Sequence record: LC819009.1
Direction: 5' to 3' (one strand)
DNA: 64,000 bases
Below the pieces are notes generated by a model. It was not told the origin of the DNA. It saw nothing but the letters and a program-made list of their open reading frames with translations, and did no database searches. Positions 26,833 to 37,382 of this stretch are shown here, one piece after another (within the stretch, counting starts at the first letter, position 1; each line of letters opens with the position of its first letter). Both the position numbers and the translations under genes were made by a program.

Positions 26833-28074
26833 TTACACCGCTGCCGGCTTGAAACGGATCGGCGGATGCGACTTGTAGTACACCGTCAGGCGAGTGGAGT
26901 CGAACTGCGTCACGTCTTCCAGAGTCGGGTCGACAATGATGCGTGCCGGTTCCATCGGCGTGCGATCCAGCTGCTTCTTCACGCCTTCATGCTGGTCGTG
27001 GTAGATATGGTAGTCACCCATGAAGTGGGTGTATTCCCACGGCACGAAACCCGTGACTTCAGCGAGCAGGTGAGCGAGCAGCGAGTACATGCCGACGTTG
27101 AACACCGTGCCAAGCGGCACATCCTGCGAACGAGCGAAACATGCGAGCGAGAGCTTGCGTGCAGTGAAACCGCCGTCGAGGATCTTGTCGACTTCAAGTT
27201 GACCTGCTTCGGTGAGTTCGAGTTCGCTGTCATTGCCCAGGTTGTACTGCATGTTCTTGCCGACGAGCAGACCGCGAGTCACGAGCTCGTTGTTGATGCG
27301 CGTCTTGTAGTACAGTTCCTGCGCTTCGTGCGACAGGCCGCGCATTCCTCCGAAGACTTCCTTGAAGATCGCGACTGCGAAGTCTTCCTGATCCATCGAG
27401 TAGCGCAGGACTTCGAACGCCGACATCGGAGCCGTGTTAACCTGCCACATCGAGTGACAGGGAGCGAGTGCCATGCGACCGGCGTCTGCGTTCTGTGCAG
27501 GAGTCATCGACGTATCGGGCAAGAGACCCGCATGCCACACATTCACAACCAGACGACGGCTGTCCGGATTGTTCTTGAGTTCGTTGACGATGTTCATCAA
27601 CTGATCCACGCCACCCGAACCACCTTCTTCGAACGTCTTGTACTTCGGTGCGATCTTTTCGTCCATGAACTGACGAATGTCTGCGACGTTGATGTCGACA
27701 GAACCGATCTCTTCTGCGAACTGATCGAGCATTTTGTGCACGTCGGCGACGCTCATGCCGGTCGTCCAGTTACGCCACTGCTCGCCATACATCGGTCCGA
27801 TCGTGCCGCTTTCCGGACCCGTCCACGAGTTCCAGATCTTGTTGTCGCGGTCTTGCAGCCAGTCCACCGAGATGATGCCCTTGAGCATCCATTCGAGTTC
27901 TTCGGCGATCTTCTTCCATGCCACTTCACGCGTGGTCGGAATCGGCCAGATGCCGTGACGAAGCGAGAACTTCATCATGCCGCCGAACTTCGAAGTCGTA
28001 CCCGTGCCGGTACGATCGGTCTTCACATCGCCCGTTTCCAGGATGTCTTTCAAAACGTCGAGATACTGTTTCAT
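26833..28074 (-). CDS. thyA: Thymidylate synthase with two insertions
   Basis: DRTGTGT, YGEQWRNW, PDSRR, LAPCH, RSQD..LG..FN, GDYHIY motifs. Confidence 0.95.
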   Translation of the reverse strand: MKQYLDVLKDILETGDVKTDRTGTGTTSKFGGMMKFSLRHGIWPIPTTREVAWKKIAEELEWMLKGIISVDWLQDRDNKIWNSWTGPESGTIGPMYGEQWRNWTTGMSVADVHKMLDQFAEEIGSVDINVADIRQFMDEKIAPKYKTFEEGGSGGVDQLMNIVNELKNNPDSRRLVVNVWHAGLLPDTSMTPAQNADAGRMALAPCHSMWQVNTAPMSAFEVLRYSMDQEDFAVAIFKEVFGGMRGLSHEAQELYYKTRINNELVTRGLLVGKNMQYNLGNDSELELTEAGQLEVDKILDGGFTARKLSLACFARSQDVPLGTVFNVGMYSLLAHLLAEVTGFVPWEYTHFMGDYHIYHDQHEGVKKQLDRTPMEPARIIVDPTLEDVTQFDSTRLTVYYKSHPPIRFKPAAV

Positions 28075-28109
28075 TTATTTTTCACCAAAAAAAAAATACT
28101 GCTGTTAAG

Positions 28110-28490
28110 TTACAGACGAATTTCCATGACCGACAATCGAGTGCCGGGCTTAATGATTACTCGCTCGGGAAGAGGAATGCAACTGATCTGTTCCAGATAC
28201 TTTTTAAAGTAATACATCGTCTCTTCAACTCGCAGCAGATAGGACATTACGTCTGCTGGGAGCCTGCCGAGTCTTTCTCTGATGTCGATTTCAACATCGT
28301 CCAGGAATTCACACAGGACGTAATCAAAATCGTCGCCATCCCGAACCATTTGTCCTTGCAGTCTTTCGACCAATTCCTCACAGAGTTCGAGATAATCGTA
28401 TTCTATAAAAATCGGCTGTTCTTCTCTTAACAGCCGACTGATGCGTCTTTTCTCGTAAGTATCACCGACGAGGTAGCGGGTTTCTCGCAT
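28110..28490 (-). CDS. Hypothetical protein
   Basis: 126-aa ORF. Confidence 0.6.
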   Translation of the reverse strand: MRETRYLVGDTYEKRRISRLLREEQPIFIEYDYLELCEELVERLQGQMVRDGDDFDYVLCEFLDDVEIDIRERLGRLPADVMSYLLRVEETMYYFKKYLEQISCIPLPERVIIKPGTRLSVMEIRL

Positions 28491-28840
28491 TTGCGTATCA
28501 ATCCGAAAAGCGACAACGGACTAACGTTGTAGATCTCGAAGTCTCCTAATGAATCTAGAAGTTCGAACTGTTGCAACTGTCTAACCATTTGCTTAGCCAA
28601 CTTCGCAAGCTTCCGTAGAATCTTGTTGGCCTTTTCAAAAGTATTTCCTTGAGCATAAAGATAGCGACGGGTGCCTTCCAGGTAGTATCTCAAACTTTTG
28701 GAAGACTTCTTCACGCCGAATACTCGGCTCACCCGAAGATGTTCGTAAAATCCTTCCAGAAGTTTAAAATATCGCCGCTTAAAGCGAACGAGCTTTGGGA
28801 CTGGCTTTTTAAAGCCAAAAAGAAGAATGTCTGTTTTCAT
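28427..28840 (-). CDS. Basic hypothetical protein (start uncertain)
   Basis: Open frame directly downstream of the promoter motif; AT-rich. Confidence 0.5.
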   Translation of the reverse strand: MKTDILLFGFKKPVPKLVRFKRRYFKLLEGFYEHLRVSRVFGVKKSSKSLRYYLEGTRRYLYAQGNTFEKANKILRKLAKLAKQMVRQLQQFELLDSLGDFEIYNVSPLSLFGLIRKCEKPATSSVILTRKDASVGC

Positions 28841-28881
28841 GCCAATGAAAGGTTGATATGAAATCAACTTACAACAAAGTT

Positions 28882-28898
28882 GTAATATATGGCTGATC
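28882..28898 (-). promoter_or_regulatory. Putative early phage promoter
   Basis: GATCAGCCATATATTAC. Confidence 0.65.
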
Positions 28899-28978
28899 AA
28901 AACTGGAATAAAATGGACATAAAGGATACCAGGAGGCACGAAGCCTCCTGGTACTCTCACTCAGTCCTGACTAGCAGG

Positions 28979-29068
28979 TTACTTCACGAACAACCACGGA
29001 AAGCACATTTCCCAACATGCTTGTACCATGATGCCGTAGGCAAGGCCCATTTGTGCCGGAAGCCACAT
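28979..29068 (-). CDS. 29-aa hydrophobic micropeptide
   Basis: GAGGTG RBS overlapping the upstream stop; MWLPAQMGLAYGIMVQACWEMCFPWLFVK*. Confidence 0.55.
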   Translation of the reverse strand: MWLPAQMGLAYGIMVQACWEMCFPWLFVK

Positions 29069-29069
29069 G

Positions 29070-29393
29070 TCACACCTCTCGTTCGTTGATCTGCTTGTGA
29101 TGCAGACCGAGCAGTTCGCGAGCAACATCCTTGGGAATGCCGACAACGCGAACTGCGAACCAGTAAGCGTGAGGCATCGGTTTCATGCTGATGGGACCCA
29201 TGCTCTCGACGTACGCGTCGTACTTGGACTTCATGATGCCTGAGTTCAGGAAGTCCTTCAGCTTCTGGCGATTGGCCGGATCTTCGCTGTTGATCAGGAA
29301 GCTCATCCCCGTGATGTACGCCGATTTCTCGATGTCCGTCAACAGGTCAAAAGCTTCCGGCGTCAGCGCTGCATCGGTGACGATCACTGCCAT
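29070..29393 (-). CDS. Stand-alone paralog of the C-terminal domain of the upstream 431-aa protein
   Basis: Shared LT...FD.L...K..Y and D.LNSGI motifs. Confidence 0.75.
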   Translation of the reverse strand: MAVIVTDAALTPEAFDLLTDIEKSAYITGMSFLINSEDPANRQKLKDFLNSGIMKSKYDAYVESMGPISMKPMPHAYWFAVRVVGIPKDVARELLGLHHKQINEREV

Positions 29394-29396
29394 GAC

Positions 29397-30692
29397 TTAC
29401 GCCTTTTCGAGCGCGTTGAATTCGCCGGTGATCTTGGCGAACTGGTCGTTGGTCAGCTGGAAGATGACGCGAGCGATGTACAGTGCGTGCGAGATCTTTT
29501 CGCCGGGTTCGAGCGTTTCGTTCAGGCGTTGGTATTCGCCTTCCAGAATGCCCGAGTTCAGTACGTCACGCACCAGCGGCCACTTGCTTTCATCGCTGCA
29601 CTGCTTCTCGATGACTGCCAGGTACACGCCCTTCTGCTCCATCGACAGAGCGTCGAACTCTGCCTTGGTCAGGACGTATTCGCCCAACACGCCGCGCTGC
29701 GAAGCGTACGACACCACGGCGCCCGTTTCTTCACGCGGTACTTCGATCGTGTCGCCTGCGAAGTCGTCAGCGACCTTCTCGACCGTAGCTTCCGGAGTCG
29801 GATCGTTCTCGTCCAGCTGAACGTTCACTTGCGTGCGTTCGACGGGTTCCATGCCTTCTTGCAGACGGGCGACTTCGTCAGCCAGTGTGCGCGGCGGTTC
29901 TTCGATTTCCGAAGCCGGGTTCTGCGGAGCAGGCTGTTCCTTCTTGGCCTTTTCCTTCTTCTTGCCTGCGCCGTTCTGTTGGCCGTTGTTGAACTTCTCG
30001 CCGAGAGCTTGCAGGCCCGCGCCGACATAGTTCTTGAACTGGCCGTCGCTGAACGTCAGCTTCGGGTTGAACGCGAGTGCCGGCAGGTTCTGCTTGATCT
30101 TCGACAGGATTTCCGCTTGCAGGCGGTCCGGACCGATGAAGTCCGCGAGATCGACGACGGGCGAGACGATCGTGAATTCGAAAGCTTGATCAGCGTCGCT
30201 GCCTTCCTTCAGCCAGAGCTTGCCCTTGATGCCATCGACCTTCGGGCCGTTTTGCACGCCGCGGATGGCGTTGAACCACACGAGGTTGCCCAGCGGAACC
30301 TGGATGGTTTCGACGAGCGGCTTGTTGCGGCCGTGCGAGACCGACGAATAGTCGACGCGGTTCGTGTTCAGTTGCAGCAGGTTGCGAAAGAGCGTGGTCA
30401 GCTGGCTTTCCGACGGCAGGGACGGCGCTTCGGTCAGACCGTAGTGGTTCTTGAACGAGTCGCTGTTGACGAGTGCCGACAAAGCGTTCGCGAGCTTCGT
30501 GACGAGGTCCTTCACGTTCTTGCGATGCTTCTTCAGTTCCGCCAGGTTGCGATGCAGACGCCAGTAAGCGACTTCGCCGTTGGGCAGCTTGACGGCACCC
30601 GAGGGCAGGTCGGCCGACAGCGTGTTGAAGATCTTCGGCAGCGGCAGGAACTGGATGGTCTGGCCTTCGACGGTGCGTTGGAGTTTGCTCAT
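29397..30692 (-). CDS. Hypothetical protein, probably highly expressed
   Basis: 431 aa; capsid-like strong codon bias. Confidence 0.8.
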   Translation of the reverse strand: MSKLQRTVEGQTIQFLPLPKIFNTLSADLPSGAVKLPNGEVAYWRLHRNLAELKKHRKNVKDLVTKLANALSALVNSDSFKNHYGLTEAPSLPSESQLTTLFRNLLQLNTNRVDYSSVSHGRNKPLVETIQVPLGNLVWFNAIRGVQNGPKVDGIKGKLWLKEGSDADQAFEFTIVSPVVDLADFIGPDRLQAEILSKIKQNLPALAFNPKLTFSDGQFKNYVGAGLQALGEKFNNGQQNGAGKKKEKAKKEQPAPQNPASEIEEPPRTLADEVARLQEGMEPVERTQVNVQLDENDPTPEATVEKVADDFAGDTIEVPREETGAVVSYASQRGVLGEYVLTKAEFDALSMEQKGVYLAVIEKQCSDESKWPLVRDVLNSGILEGEYQRLNETLEPGEKISHALYIARVIFQLTNDQFAKITGEFNALEKA

Positions 30693-30890
30693 GATGTACT
30701 CTTGAGTGAGATTTTTGAAAGTCCCGAATATCGGGCACGGTAAATGACTGGATACGCTCAGTCAGCTTTTCCAGCGAATGGATCGGTTTTAAGTCAGCAC
30801 GTGAAACAGATGCGTATCATGCCAAATCATAACGACATCTCAGTAGAAAATAACTTAGTAGACAAGGAGCCGAAGCCCCCTGTCTTTTTG

Positions 30891-31304
30891 TTATAGTGAA
30901 TGGTACAGATGCACGGCCCAGTACATGATTTTTCGCTTCCACCACGGAGTACCCAGTACCTTCATGGCTTGTTCGAAAATCAGGTCGACTTCGTCTTGCG
31001 AAATCTTCAGAACCGGATTATCCCCGTTCCTCGTCAGTGCGAGAGTCGTGCACAGGTAATCGTGCGTAACTGCTGCCTGACCGTACACACCCCAGGGAGG
31101 AAAGATTCCCCACAGAAGACGCGGAACAGTTGCGCCATCCGTGATGAACCCTTTCGGGACGGTAACGTATTTTTGGTCTGTGACCTCTCCGATGAAAAAC
31201 GTGAACGTATCATCGGTATGCCAGAGGTCTTTGTCTTTTGCTTTCGACTGTGCTTCGTCGTAAATGATGCCGACGTCGTTGTCGAATGAACCCACGATTG
31301 CCAT
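30891..31304 (-). CDS. DUF1353-family protein
   Basis: VPKGFITDGATVP...GQAAVTHDYLC motif. Confidence 0.8.
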   Translation of the reverse strand: MAIVGSFDNDVGIIYDEAQSKAKDKDLWHTDDTFTFFIGEVTDQKYVTVPKGFITDGATVPRLLWGIFPPWGVYGQAAVTHDYLCTTLALTRNGDNPVLKISQDEVDLIFEQAMKVLGTPWWKRKIMYWAVHLYHSL

Positions 31305-31385
31305 ACTCTCTCACTTGGCTGTTAAACCAAATGATCATAAACTAGAGAGGGCTTTCGCCCTCTCTAGTCTACGTTTCGTTATGAA

Positions 31386-32054
31386 TTAAGACGGAAGCGT
31401 GATCTCGTTCGGAACTGCCGGGAGGTCTGCTGCCGTAGCAGCTTTCGTCACAGCGTCCTTCAGTGTCCAGCCCGCGCCCAAGAAGCCAAGATACGCTTCG
31501 TAGGCTGCATCCGACAAGTCCACGATCTGTGCCGGAGTACACATGTGGGTCACGTTCTCCCAGTCACGGAAAGGCATCACCGCATCGGTAACACCCTGAG
31601 TGACCAGCTTGTCCGCGCGAATGCGGGCGCTGGCGATATTACCGCGATCACCGTCGCGCAACTGCACATGGCCAGCCACATCGGAGAACGCGAACGAGAA
31701 GCCCTTTTCCAGAGCAGCCGTCAGTTTGTTGGTGATGTCCGTCATCATGGCCGCCTTCGTGACATCCAACTGCGATGCCACTTCGTCGGCCGTGAACGAG
31801 CGAACGTTCCAGACTTGAGACCACACGCCGTTTGCGAAGACAGGATCGCCTTCGGTCACGACGTCTCCCGTCGGCTGAGCTACTTCCTGAACGATGAAGT
31901 AACCCAGACCGTTGAGGTATTCCTCTTCGGTTTCGTCCGGGAACGAGATGTTGGGGTTGTCCTGCCGCACTTGACCCATGTACACGGGATAGGTGTTGGC
32001 TTGACCTTCCGCACCGATTTTGATCAGGCGGGTAGACGCGTTGATGGTCGTCAT
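31386..32054 (-). CDS. Tail fibre assembly / DUF4376-like protein
   Basis: YPV...VRQDNPNISFP N-terminal motif, W.Q.W.V, FRDWENVTH; follows the fibre gene. Confidence 0.65.
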   Translation of the reverse strand: MTTINASTRLIKIGAEGQANTYPVYMGQVRQDNPNISFPDETEEEYLNGLGYFIVQEVAQPTGDVVTEGDPVFANGVWSQVWNVRSFTADEVASQLDVTKAAMMTDITNKLTAALEKGFSFAFSDVAGHVQLRDGDRGNIASARIRADKLVTQGVTDAVMPFRDWENVTHMCTPAQIVDLSDAAYEAYLGFLGAGWTLKDAVTKAATAADLPAVPNEITLPS

Positions 32055-32069
32055 GTTTGTTAGCTCCTA

Positions 32070-35000
32070 TTAGTTCGGAACCGAGCCGACCCATTCCGTA
32101 CCGTCCCAGTTCAGGACAACGGTGGTCGTGCTGTTGGTCAGCGGAGGCGCCGAGCCGTCGAACCAACGGATGGTGTTGGTCCAGGTCATGGCGTTCGTCT
32201 TGCCGTAGATCTTCACGATCACGGTCGTCGTGCGGTCCGATGCCGGGAGGTTCGTCATCGTGATCGCAGCAGCAGCCGTATTCTGGATACGGAACGTACG
32301 CGCAACCGAGAGGTCAAGCGTAACCGCACCAGCGGAGATCGCAGCATCGACAGCCTTCAGAGTGTAGGTATCCAGACGAGTCCAGGCGCCGCTCTTCATG
32401 ATGTACGTGCCCGTATCTGCCGGGATCGTATCGATCAGGGTATCTTGCACCCACAGACCGTTGGACAACACGTAATGCTTGCCCGTGTTATCCGTCGGCA
32501 AGGCGTTCACGACCGAAGGCAGGTCCACCCAGCCCGAGTCGTTGTAGCCACGGTATTTACCCGTTGCTGCCGGAGCGTTCAGGTTACCCCCGCCGATGTG
32601 ACCCAGCGATGCCCAGGTGGACGTCGAGGTCTTGCGGAAGAATTCCTGCGTGTTGCTGTTAAAGAAGTAGTCGCCGACGTTACCGTCTTGCGCTTGCGGA
32701 TCGCGCGTGAGCACAATCCAGAGCGTACCTTGCGGACCAGTCGGACCTGCAGGACCCGTGAGACCTTGCAGACCACGCAGACCCTGGATACCCTGCGGAC
32801 CTTGAGCACCAACCACGTGACCGAGGTTGAACCACTGCGAAGTGGTCGACAACCAGATCCAGCAGTTGTAAGTGCCAGGCGAGGACGAATCCGGAATCGC
32901 ATAGCCCGTACCAGCGGTACCCGTACCCGGGAGTTGGCTGGAATCGCTCAACGTGCCGATGATCGAAATCGCCGGACCCGTCGGGCCTTGAGGGCCAGTC
33001 GCACCATCTGCGCCTGCAGGACCTTGCGGACCCGTGGTCAGGGTGATGTAGTCGTTGATGGTTGCGCCGGGGGAGAGCTTTCCGGCTGCGATGGCGTCCT
33101 GGACCGCAGAAGCGCCGGTAGGACCGACAAGCGAGGCGAGCCACTGGGCTTGCGTACCCACAAATCCGCCAGCGACGGCTGCTTGGTAGGCGCTCTGGCC
33201 AGTTGCGCCAGTTGCGCCAGTGTTACCGGTGTCACCTTTGGGACCCTGTGGACCTTGGGCCACCGGACCTGCATCGACCCAGGTGGTACCATTGTTGATG
33301 AAGATGTGACCAGCAGCGGTCGCCACTTGGGAAAGCGTACCAGCAGGGATCGCACCGGAGCTTGCGAAGTCGCCGATGTAGGCGAGACTCGTACCAGCAG
33401 GACCCGTTGCACCCGTGTTACCGGTCGGACCAGTTGCCCCGGTAGCACCCGTAGCACCAGTATCGCCCTTCGCACCCTTGAGGGATGCGAGCCATGCCGT
33501 GACATCGCCAGCGAAGCCTTGAGCCACAGCAACCGTATAGGCGCTGTCGCCTTGCAGACCCTTCAGCGACGCGAGCCACTGAGCCTGGGTACCGGCAAAG
33601 CCAGCATCCACAGCGACTTGGTAAGCGGACTTACCATCGGCACCAGTCGGACCCTGCAAGCCTTGCGGGCCTTGCACACCGATCTGACCGTTGTCGGTCC
33701 AGCCGTTGGTTGCATCCCACAAGTAGATGTGGTTGGTATCGGTCGTGGTAGCAGCAGCGCCCGTGTGCGTTCCCGTCGGCAGAGCAGCAGCATTCGCAAA
33801 CTGACCGATGTACGTGAAACTCACGCCATCTGCGCCCTTAAGCGAAGCCAGCCATTCCGTCACAGTGCCAGCGAAACCAGCAGCTTGCGCTTGTTGATAG
33901 GCCGACAGACCGTTGGTGCCGTTCGTACCGTTTGCACCACGCCACTGACCCATGTTGACGAACTGAGCCGTCGACGAGTTGTAGACGTAGATGAAACCAC
34001 CGATTTCGTAAGCATCGCCATTGGCGTTGCCCGAGCTCGGCAGCAGACCGGTATTCGCAAGCGAACCCTTTGCGTTGACAGGTTGACCAACCGGACCTTG
34101 AGCGCCAGTAGCGCCAGCAGGACCCGTCAGGTTGCCCATGTCGACCCAGGCAGCACCATCCCACGAATACAGGTGACCCTGTACGCCGTAGGAATCGCCC
34201 ACGCTGTTGCCAGCCGAAGGCAGTGCACCGACGTTTGCGACAGTGCCCTTCGGCTTCATCGCATTACCGGCAGGACCCTGCTCGCCTTGAGGACCGGTTG
34301 CACCCGTATCACCCTTCGGACCAACGTTGCGGCCGAGGTTCACGAACTGCGAGTTGATCCAGACGTGGAAGTCATAGCCGTCCGTGTCGTTACCGACCAG
34401 ATAACCATGGTTGTTGGTGCCCGTTGCCGGCAGATCGCCAGTCGTTGCAACCGTACCGTCAGCCACGAACGAAATCGCCGTATCGCCCTTGGCACCTTGC
34501 GGACCAGTGATGTACGTGATGAACTTCGCGAGCGTGTCGACTTCCGGGTGTTGAGCGCGAATGACGTCCCATGCGGACGAGCCTTGCGGGCCCGTTGCGC
34601 CGGTCGGACCAACAGGGCCTTGCAGACCTTGTTGACCTTGAAGCTGCCATGTCGTACCCTGCCACACATACATGACCGTACCAACCAGCCATGCATCGCC
34701 GTTACGCTGACCGGAAACCGGCAGGTAGTCCGACGAGGGGAGTGAGCCGAGCACCGTGATACCCGAGCCGTCTTTACCAGGCAAGCCCTGGAAGTCACCC
34801 ATGTCGGTCCATTCACCGTTCAGGTTCATCCAGACATGCGTGCCGACGAAGAAGTAGTCGGCTTGTTCGTAGCCCGAAACATCCGGCAGATCTGCCGACG
34901 TATTCACCGAACCCACGAGATGGCCGAGCACTGAGCTTTGGCCTGCGGGACCGGCTGCACCGGTATCGCCCTTGGCACCCTTCAGGCTGGCAAGCCAGCT

Positions 35001-35780
35001 GGTCAGGTCACCGGAATAACCTTGTGCGACTGCATCCTGGTAGGCGGAGTTACCCGTCGGACCAGCAGCGCCTGCGGCACCCGTATCACCCTTTGCGCCC
35101 TTGATGACGGAACCAGCAGGCCATGCACCACCAGCCTTCGGACCATACATCGTGGACGTTGCAGGATCGTAGGCGTAATCGCCATTCTGACCCGTACCAG
35201 CAGCAGGTGCGCCGTTGGTCGTGAGAAGCGTGTTGCCGTTCGTGCCAGCAGCACCGGTATTGCCGGTGTCACCTTTCGCGCCTTTGAGCACCACACCTGC
35301 CGGCCATGCGCCTGCGGACTTCGGACCATAGATGGTCGAGGTAGCCGCATCGAAAGCCAGATCGCCGTTGTTGCCAGTGCCGTTTGCGGGTGCACCACTG
35401 GTAGCGATGATGGTCTTGCCATCTGCACCTGCGGCGCCTGTCGCGCCTGCTGCTCCCGCAGCACCCGTTGCACCTTTGAGCGATGCGACCCAGGCTGCTT
35501 CCGTACCGACGAAACCCTGGTCGAGTGCCGACTGGTAAGCGGACTTACCGTTTGCGCCAACGAGGCTTGCCAGCCATTGAGCTTGCGTTCCCGCAAAGCC
35601 TGCGTCTTGTGCGACCTGATAGGCCGACTTGCCGTTCACCGAAACACCGGAGAGCGGGACCTTCTGGCTGGACGTTTGACCAACCACGTGAACTTCGATA
35701 TACGAGTTCGCGAGATCGATTTGGCCAGTCAGTGGGTCGAGCTGGAGGATGGTTTTACCCACCACATTCGAATCCGCCAT
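32070..35780 (-). CDS. Collagen-like tail fibre protein
   Basis: Many Gly-X-Y runs ([10 protein letters not shown]) interleaved with SAYQ.A...GF.GT..QWLASL.G repeats; C-terminal TLDLS...W.DGSAP domain. Confidence 0.85.
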   Translation of the reverse strand: MADSNVVGKTILQLDPLTGQIDLANSYIEVHVVGQTSSQKVPLSGVSVNGKSAYQVAQDAGFAGTQAQWLASLVGANGKSAYQSALDQGFVGTEAAWVASLKGATGAAGAAGATGAAGADGKTIIATSGAPANGTGNNGDLAFDAATSTIYGPKSAGAWPAGVVLKGAKGDTGNTGAAGTNGNTLLTTNGAPAAGTGQNGDYAYDPATSTMYGPKAGGAWPAGSVIKGAKGDTGAAGAAGPTGNSAYQDAVAQGYSGDLTSWLASLKGAKGDTGAAGPAGQSSVLGHLVGSVNTSADLPDVSGYEQADYFFVGTHVWMNLNGEWTDMGDFQGLPGKDGSGITVLGSLPSSDYLPVSGQRNGDAWLVGTVMYVWQGTTWQLQGQQGLQGPVGPTGATGPQGSSAWDVIRAQHPEVDTLAKFITYITGPQGAKGDTAISFVADGTVATTGDLPATGTNNHGYLVGNDTDGYDFHVWINSQFVNLGRNVGPKGDTGATGPQGEQGPAGNAMKPKGTVANVGALPSAGNSVGDSYGVQGHLYSWDGAAWVDMGNLTGPAGATGAQGPVGQPVNAKGSLANTGLLPSSGNANGDAYEIGGFIYVYNSSTAQFVNMGQWRGANGTNGTNGLSAYQQAQAAGFAGTVTEWLASLKGADGVSFTYIGQFANAAALPTGTHTGAAATTTDTNHIYLWDATNGWTDNGQIGVQGPQGLQGPTGADGKSAYQVAVDAGFAGTQAQWLASLKGLQGDSAYTVAVAQGFAGDVTAWLASLKGAKGDTGATGATGATGPTGNTGATGPAGTSLAYIGDFASSGAIPAGTLSQVATAAGHIFINNGTTWVDAGPVAQGPQGPKGDTGNTGATGATGQSAYQAAVAGGFVGTQAQWLASLVGPTGASAVQDAIAAGKLSPGATINDYITLTTGPQGPAGADGATGPQGPTGPAISIIGTLSDSSQLPGTGTAGTGYAIPDSSSPGTYNCWIWLSTTSQWFNLGHVVGAQGPQGIQGLRGLQGLTGPAGPTGPQGTLWIVLTRDPQAQDGNVGDYFFNSNTQEFFRKTSTSTWASLGHIGGGNLNAPAATGKYRGYNDSGWVDLPSVVNALPTDNTGKHYVLSNGLWVQDTLIDTIPADTGTYIMKSGAWTRLDTYTLKAVDAAISAGAVTLDLSVARTFRIQNTAAAAITMTNLPASDRTTTVIVKIYGKTNAMTWTNTIRWFDGSAPPLTNSTTTVVLNWDGTEWVGSVPN

Positions 35781-35831
35781 GGATTGCTCCCATTTCCTGT
35801 AAAAAATTATCTATCGATTGCGAAAAAAAAT

Positions 35832-36890
35832 TTACGCGTAGGCCCGCGCAACACCCGGCGCGCTAACGCGATAACTTCCGTCACCAACCAGACGCACATT
35901 CGCAGGCGTGTCTGAGTGGTAGTTGACCTTCAGGGTATAGGTGCCCGGCAGCCAAGCGAGAGACGTCTTTTTAAACGTGATCGGATATTCACTGAGCCCC
36001 GGCTGGAATGCCGTATTTTCAATGTCGTCTGCGGTGAGTTGCAGGTTGAGGGCAGCGTTGATCTGATCGAGTATGCTGTATACCGTGAAGGCTTCGTTGG
36101 GCACCGTCACCGACGGAATGTTACCGTCTGTGAATTGGTCATTGATCGTAGCAGGACTGACGCGAGTGATATACAACCACTGATCCACATACCCTTGCTT
36201 ATGCGCATACACATAAACTCGGGTATTGCGTCCGGCAGGAGCGACAGACACCGTTTCGATAGCACCGAAATCGAAGTCAATCATCTCTTGCCAACTCACG
36301 GCGTTATCGTGGTTGGCAATGCTCGTCAGTTGCGCTTTTTTGTCGGCCTGAATGCTGGTCGCGGAAGTGAAACCAAACAACAGGTAATTCGGGTACAACA
36401 GGTTTTTCTTACCGCCGCCGAGGACATTGATGTAACGCCACCCTGTCCAGATTTTCGAAGTCGGCTTTGCGGTGATGACGAAGTCGTCATCCATTGTGGT
36501 ATACTCGGTATTTTCCAGATCGTTTTCCGTCAGCCGGACACCCAGCTGCTGGTTGATCTGGTCGAGTATGTCATACGTTTTGAAAGGAATTGCGAGAGGC
36601 TGGATAATCGAGTTATCTACGACCCGCAGTGCCGCGAGAGGAATCCGGTGATAAAGAAAACCGGTTTCATTCGGGAACATGCGATGATCGAACTTCGGGT
36701 TGATCTTCGCAGGAATGTATGCGTTGGGATCGTCTTCGATGTCGGGACGCTGGTCCAGTTCCTGAGGAGTACCGAATACCACCATAGGCGGCGGCAGTTT
36801 GTACTTGTTCGAAACGTAAACCAGGTCGCAGAGAATTTCATCCTCCGGACGATCGAAGTCGTATGTCAAGATGAACTGGAAGATCGACAT
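35832..36890 (-). CDS. Putative virion/tail structural protein with an internal duplication
   Basis: Two copies of ILDQIN..L...LT..D.EN...S..W. Confidence 0.65.
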   Translation of the reverse strand: MSIFQFILTYDFDRPEDEILCDLVYVSNKYKLPPPMVVFGTPQELDQRPDIEDDPNAYIPAKINPKFDHRMFPNETGFLYHRIPLAALRVVDNSIIQPLAIPFKTYDILDQINQQLGVRLTENDLENTEYTTMDDDFVITAKPTSKIWTGWRYINVLGGGKKNLLYPNYLLFGFTSATSIQADKKAQLTSIANHDNAVSWQEMIDFDFGAIETVSVAPAGRNTRVYVYAHKQGYVDQWLYITRVSPATINDQFTDGNIPSVTVPNEAFTVYSILDQINAALNLQLTADDIENTAFQPGLSEYPITFKKTSLAWLPGTYTLKVNYHSDTPANVRLVGDGSYRVSAPGVARAYA

Positions 36891-37003
36891 ATGACTCCGT
36901 TCTGGGTTAAAAAATCAAAAAAAAATATACTCGGCTCAAACGATTAATACCGCAGACATACTATCCGGGACCGAAGTCCCGGATAGCATTCATGCAGTTT
37001 TAC

Positions 37004-37345
37004 TTAGCGGGAATGCGCCATCGTCCGATGCACAGGACGCACCGGCGCGAGGCCGGCATACGAATACAGATGCGTCGGATCGATTCCTGCCATCTTGGCG
37101 TGGTGGAACAGTTCTGCGATCACTTCCGGACTCATCTTCGGAGCGTGGGTATGGCCCTTGAAGAAGAACGAGATGGTGATCGGATTGCGTGCACCTTCCT
37201 TGAGCCAGGTGCCGACGATCGCGCCATGTTCACCCTTGCCTGCTGCTTCCGGTCCGAACAGAACTTCGTACTTGTTTTGACGGTCGGTGTTGATGAAACC
37301 CAGTTTGCCCAGAATCGTTTTCATTTGGAATATCCTTTCAATCAT
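37004..37345 (-). CDS. Hypothetical protein (start may be ATG 37324)
   Basis: ORF after TTTTAAAA. Confidence 0.6.
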   Translation of the reverse strand: MIERIFQMKTILGKLGFINTDRQNKYEVLFGPEAAGKGEHGAIVGTWLKEGARNPITISFFFKGHTHAPKMSPEVIAELFHHAKMAGIDPTHLYSYAGLAPVRPVHRTMAHSR

Positions 37346-37382
37346 TTTAAAAGTAGGGGACCGTAGTCCCCCGGTATACTAC

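Noticed and set aside
26833-28074. thyA as a dCMP/dUMP hydroxymethylase indicating modified DNA
   Set aside because: It retains the Asn of the FN motif and the classic ThyA motifs, so a canonical thymidylate synthase is more likely.
25694-28490. Paralogy among the acidic 126-177 aa ORFs flanking thyA
   Set aside because: Composition is similar, but I could not find an alignable motif by eye.
32070-35780. Repeats in the fibre gene as a CRISPR array or DGR template/variable repeats
   Set aside because: The repeats are protein-level and synonymous-diverged. There is no constant repeat/spacer period, no adenine-specific variation seen, and no cas or reverse transcriptase gene.
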